DNA of 30,810 nucleotides, taken from NCBI GenBank assembly GCA_043824255.1, contig JBDRTG010000014.1, positions 1 through 30,810 of the forward strand, written 5' to 3'. The translations under genes were made by a program, and so were the position numbers. This DNA is from a bacterium (GTDB lineage Bacteria > JAHJDO01). Shown here one piece after another: positions 27,796-30,810 of this stretch (positions are counted from its first letter, which is position 1; every line of letters begins with the position of its first letter). The notes beneath the pieces were generated by a model, which saw only the letters and a list, made by a program, of their open reading frames with translations, made no database searches and was not told where the DNA came from.

Positions 27796-27936
27796 TGCTG
27801 ACACTAAACCCGTATATTTCTAGTGCTTTTCCCTGTTTTTTCTACAAAAAACCCGCTTTTGTAACTACACATAAGATTTTTTGTATTAAAATTAAATATT
27901 TCAATATATCTAATATTTAAATATATTGTATTTTTC

Positions 27937-27975
27937 TTGACATACTGTTTTGTCTTTGTATATAATGACAGAGAC
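27937..27975 (+). promoter_or_regulatory. Consensus sigma70 promoter with an imperfect inverted repeat across the -10
   Basis: TTGACA (27937-27942), 18 bp, TATAAT (27961-27966); GTCTTTGT...ACAGAGAC straddles the -10. Confidence 0.55.
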
Positions 27976-28095
27976 TTAAGTTGTGCTTGAAGGAAGCACT
28001 TTGTATAATATGGGGGTAAGTGGGAGATTCATGCGTTTTGCGAATGTATAGATATATTATAGTGAATCTGCGTAAATATACGCTAAGCTCTTTTA

Positions 28096-28476
28096 ATGAA
28101 GGATAAAGTAATGAACCGCAAAGGCGAGAAGATTGGGTGGATTGGTGGCTGGCTAGGAGGATTTATTTGGTTGGGCCTGCTATCTGTTGTTTGGATAGTC
28201 AAAAATAAAATTAGCAATGGAATATTGGGGATTATTTTGTTTATAGTTGCAATCGTTTTAATCTTTGCGTTAGCTCCTTGGAAACACCCAAATACAAAAT
28301 ATTGGAAACTTATATTGCCAATCTACTTACTATTTTTTGTTTCTATTTCATTGTGTATATATCTTTATGGCGGGCTAAAAAGCATTGGATTAAATTGGAT
28401 GTCTTTCTTTTGGATAATCCCTTGTCTTATACCTTTTGTAACTATTGGTAATCGCAAATGGAATGGTAATGCTTGA
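28096..28476 (+). CDS. Hypothetical Trp/Gly-rich membrane protein (about 4 TM)
   Basis: 126-aa hydrophobic ORF with GEKIGWIGGWLGGFIW. Confidence 0.7.
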   Translation: MKDKVMNRKGEKIGWIGGWLGGFIWLGLLSVVWIVKNKISNGILGIILFIVAIVLIFALAPWKHPNTKYWKLILPIYLLFFVSISLCIYLYGGLKSIGLNWMSFFWIIPCLIPFVTIGNRKWNGNA

Positions 28477-28497
28477 AAGGAATAAAGGAAGAGCACT

Positions 28498-28755
28498 ATG
28501 GAAAAACTAGAAAAACGGAAAATGGTAAGTATCCATTTCCCTCAAGCTCTTATTGATAAAGCAAAGGAAACCTGCAAATTAAACAATATGAGTTTTTCAA
28601 AGTTTGTGAGAGAAGCGGTTAAGGATGAAATCAAGTTGGCAAAACAAAGAATCCAGGAAGATTGGGAAAAGGATCCTCTTTTAGCAAAAAAGAAGGTTAT
28701 AAAAACAAAAAAACCAATAGAATTTACATATGATAAATATTTATCTAAGACGTAA
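28498..28755 (+). CDS. Ribbon-helix-helix (CopG-like) protein, probable VapB-type antitoxin
   Basis: VSIHFPQALIDKAKETCKLNNMSFSKFVREAV followed by a DPLL-containing tail; PIN gene downstream. Confidence 0.7.
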   Translation: MEKLEKRKMVSIHFPQALIDKAKETCKLNNMSFSKFVREAVKDEIKLAKQRIQEDWEKDPLLAKKKVIKTKKPIEFTYDKYLSKT

Positions 28756-28772
28756 ATTATAAGGAGCTTTAG

Positions 28773-29813
28773 ATGTCATTTAATCCAAAATTTATTATCT
28801 CTGCTAAGATCAACAAGTCTTTGGTAGAAATAGAGAGGGTAAGGGGCTTTTTAGATGCGATAAAGATAAAAGGAGAGTGGGTTTCTGCAATACAAAAAGA
28901 AGCGCTTGCTTTAGAGAGTCATTATTCTACACATATTGAAGGGACTGCTTTAACTCTTGAACAAGCAAGGCAGCTTCTCAGCGGCAAGAAGGTAGATGGC
29001 GTAAGCCCTGATGACAGGAACGAACTCTTGAATTACAAGAAAGCAATGGATTTCGTTTCTACATACTTGGGCAAAGCTGAGCCTGTTACTGAGGGACTTA
29101 TAAGGGGAATACATAAGATTCTTGTAGAAGATGTAAGGGGTGGCCAGGCTGAACCGGGGAAATATCGTAAGGTTCAAAACTATGTGGTAAATTCCAGAAC
29201 TCGTGAGGTTATTTATACTCCGCCTTCTCCTTTGGAAGTTCCACACCTTATGCGGGAGTTTGCGGACTGGCTTAATAGGAATGAGGAACTATCCTCTGTT
29301 CTTCTCGCAGGAATAGCTCAATTCCAGTTTGTTCATATTCACCCATTTTTAGATGGTAATGGTCGTACAGCAAGATTGCTTTCTACTCTTATTCTTTATA
29401 AGACAGGATATGACTTTAAGAGATTGTTTTCGCTCTCAGAATATTATGATAAAGATAGACCATCGTATTATAAAGCTATCCAGTCTGTTAGAGAAAATAA
29501 TATGGATATGACCTTCTGGCTTGAATATTTTATTCAAGGATTGAGAACGCAAATGGACCAGATAAAACAGAAGGGCAAAAGCATAATTAAATATGATTCG
29601 GTTTTACAGAAAGCAGAGACAGTAGGGTTAAAGGAACGTCAAATAAATGCTTTAAAATTTATTATCCAAAATCAGCATATTTCCCGTTTGCAATATGTTG
29701 AGAAATTCAAAGTGTCTTTGCGTACCGCAAATTACGATTTGAATCAGATGGAAAGTAAGCAATTAATTAAGAAGACAGGTGTGGGCAGAGCTATAAAATA
29801 CATTTTAAGATAA
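28773..29813 (+). CDS. Fic family protein with a C-terminal winged HTH
   Basis: Canonical HPFLDGNGRTAR motif, N-terminal STHIEG inhibitory-type motif, C-terminal VSLRTANYDL...GVGRAIKY. Confidence 0.93.
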   Translation: MSFNPKFIISAKINKSLVEIERVRGFLDAIKIKGEWVSAIQKEALALESHYSTHIEGTALTLEQARQLLSGKKVDGVSPDDRNELLNYKKAMDFVSTYLGKAEPVTEGLIRGIHKILVEDVRGGQAEPGKYRKVQNYVVNSRTREVIYTPPSPLEVPHLMREFADWLNRNEELSSVLLAGIAQFQFVHIHPFLDGNGRTARLLSTLILYKTGYDFKRLFSLSEYYDKDRPSYYKAIQSVRENNMDMTFWLEYFIQGLRTQMDQIKQKGKSIIKYDSVLQKAETVGLKERQINALKFIIQNQHISRLQYVEKFKVSLRTANYDLNQMESKQLIKKTGVGRAIKYILR

Positions 29814-29818
29814 AGTAT

Positions 29819-29851
29819 TTGCACGCAAATTGCACGCAAATTGCACGCAAA
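29819..29851 (+). repeat. Perfect tandem repeat (TTGCACGCAAA) x3
   Basis: 11-bp units at 29819, 29830 and 29841, between fic and the PIN gene. Confidence 0.95.
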
Positions 29852-29867
29852 ATTAGTAGGGAATTAG

Positions 29868-30287
29868 ATGAATTTATATATTGATACAACGGGCTGGTTA
29901 GCATACTACATGGAAAAGCATCCTTATGCTGATGATGTTATAAAAGTCTTTGAAAAAGTTAAGGACACAGGTGGATTCCTTTATACCTCAGATCTTGTTA
30001 TTGTTGATACTCTGGAAATAATAAGGCAAAGAATAGACAGGGATATAGCAGTTGATATTGCAGATTCCATGTCTAATAGTAAAGTATTAAAGGTTATATA
30101 TATAAATGAAGACATAATGAAAAGAGCAATAAAGCTTTTAGAAAGATACAAAGACATGAATTTTGCTAACTGCCTTAATTATATAATAATGACCGACTTG
30201 AACATTGAAAGCGCAGTAAGTTTTGATGGGGCATTTAGGAAAATGTCTAAATTTAAGATGTATCCTGTACTGAGGGCCAAAAAATGA
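29868..30287 (+). CDS. PIN domain protein (VapC-like)
   Basis: LYIDTTGW, YTSDLVIVDT, MNFANC and SFDGAF motifs; one expected acidic residue reads N. Confidence 0.85.
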   Translation: MNLYIDTTGWLAYYMEKHPYADDVIKVFEKVKDTGGFLYTSDLVIVDTLEIIRQRIDRDIAVDIADSMSNSKVLKVIYINEDIMKRAIKLLERYKDMNFANCLNYIIMTDLNIESAVSFDGAFRKMSKFKMYPVLRAKK

Positions 30288-30810
30288 CAGATAAAGATAA
30301 GTTTTTAGCAGAGATGCCAGCACAGTCAATAATAAAGGTTGCAGCTAATTACAATTTTCTAAAATGGGCTGAGAAGTATGTCAAAGAGGTGATACTAGCA
30401 GCTGGATCTATTGATACTAAAAAAGCAAAACTAAGTGACCTTAAAAAATTTGTTCTTTTCTTTATGTCCACTTTTAAAGGGGATATCCGATTATGGCGAC
30501 CTGTAGCAACCGAGGCTTTCAGAGGCGAACTTTTAAAGCAGGAATATAAGCCGGCAACCATAAATAGAATCCTTGCAACAGTAAAGCATTTTGCAGGGTT
30601 TTGTTTTTGTTCTTCAAAGCTAAAAGAGCTGCCATCTCCTATCCGTGGAGTGGCAAATGTTAAATCGGAGAACTTAAGACCAAAGGCATTGGATGAGAAA
30701 ACTATTGCAAAATTAAGGAATACAGCAGTCAACATGATTTTTACAGCCGAAGGTAAAGTTGGCCAACTAAGAGAAAAACAGATGTCTTTAACTTTATACA
30801 AGGCGCATAG
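30284..30810 (+). CDS. Tyrosine recombinase/integrase, N-terminal part (runs off the window)
   Basis: Open frame from the ATG at 30284 (ATGA overlap with the PIN stop) to the window end. TKKAKLSDLKKF...YKPATINRILATVKHF...LRPKALD resembles the core-binding (SAM-like) domain. The catalytic domain is not visible. Confidence 0.7.
   Translation, partial: MTDKDKFLAEMPAQSIIKVAANYNFLKWAEKYVKEVILAAGSIDTKKAKLSDLKKFVLFFMSTFKGDIRLWRPVATEAFRGELLKQEYKPATINRILATVKHFAGFCFCSSKLKELPSPIRGVANVKSENLRPKALDEKTIAKLRNTAVNMIFTAEGKVGQLREKQMSLTLYKAH

Noticed and set aside
27984..28500. Loose direct repeat TGCTTGAA(A)GGAA...GCACT flanking the 28096 membrane-protein gene
   Set aside because: Short and gapped; too weak to call a target-site duplication.
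29819..29851. CRISPR array
   Set aside because: The units are 11 bp, directly abutting, with no spacers, and there are no cas genes in the window.
30349..30801. 150-aa minus-strand ORF in the track
   Set aside because: It is the antisense shadow of the + strand recombinase frame starting at 30284 and has no motifs of its own.

Overview
AT-rich window from what looks like an anaerobic, diderm bacterium (inferred from the outer-membrane porin and the anaerobe-type Fe-S genes). It has three parts. (1) 1-5500, mobile/defence debris: a HEPN-like + Cys-rich gene between two attC-like palindromes, an att-like stretch next to an excisionase, a tandem duplication of a ribbon-helix-helix gene, a truncated 4Fe-4S membrane-protein gene, an RQC-domain gene and an AbiEi/AbiEii type IV toxin-antitoxin pair. 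(2) ~5600-27770, a 22-kb metal/redox block of two convergent arms. The + strand arm is led by Fur: DUF5320, DUF89, Mrp, methyltransferase, J-domain protein, a fused double Fe-S MinD-like ATPase, thioredoxin, flavoprotein disulfide reductase, two NifX-like proteins, an IscU-like scaffold, then a CDF-HflK fusion, HflC and HflK. The - strand arm is led by NikR: nikM, porin, DUF4198, nikL, nikQ, nikO, then an ABC-2 pair and a His-rich TPR protein. This block is bracketed exactly by two inverted dif-like (XerC/XerD-type) 28-bp sites that share about 70 bp of outward-flanking similarity. (3) 27900-30810: membrane protein, RHH, Fic, PIN and the start of a tyrosine recombinase that the ORF track missed. 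The best candidates for something new are the inverted dif-bounded metal module and the CDF-HflK/HflC/HflK system. All family calls come from motif recognition by eye; no database searches were run.
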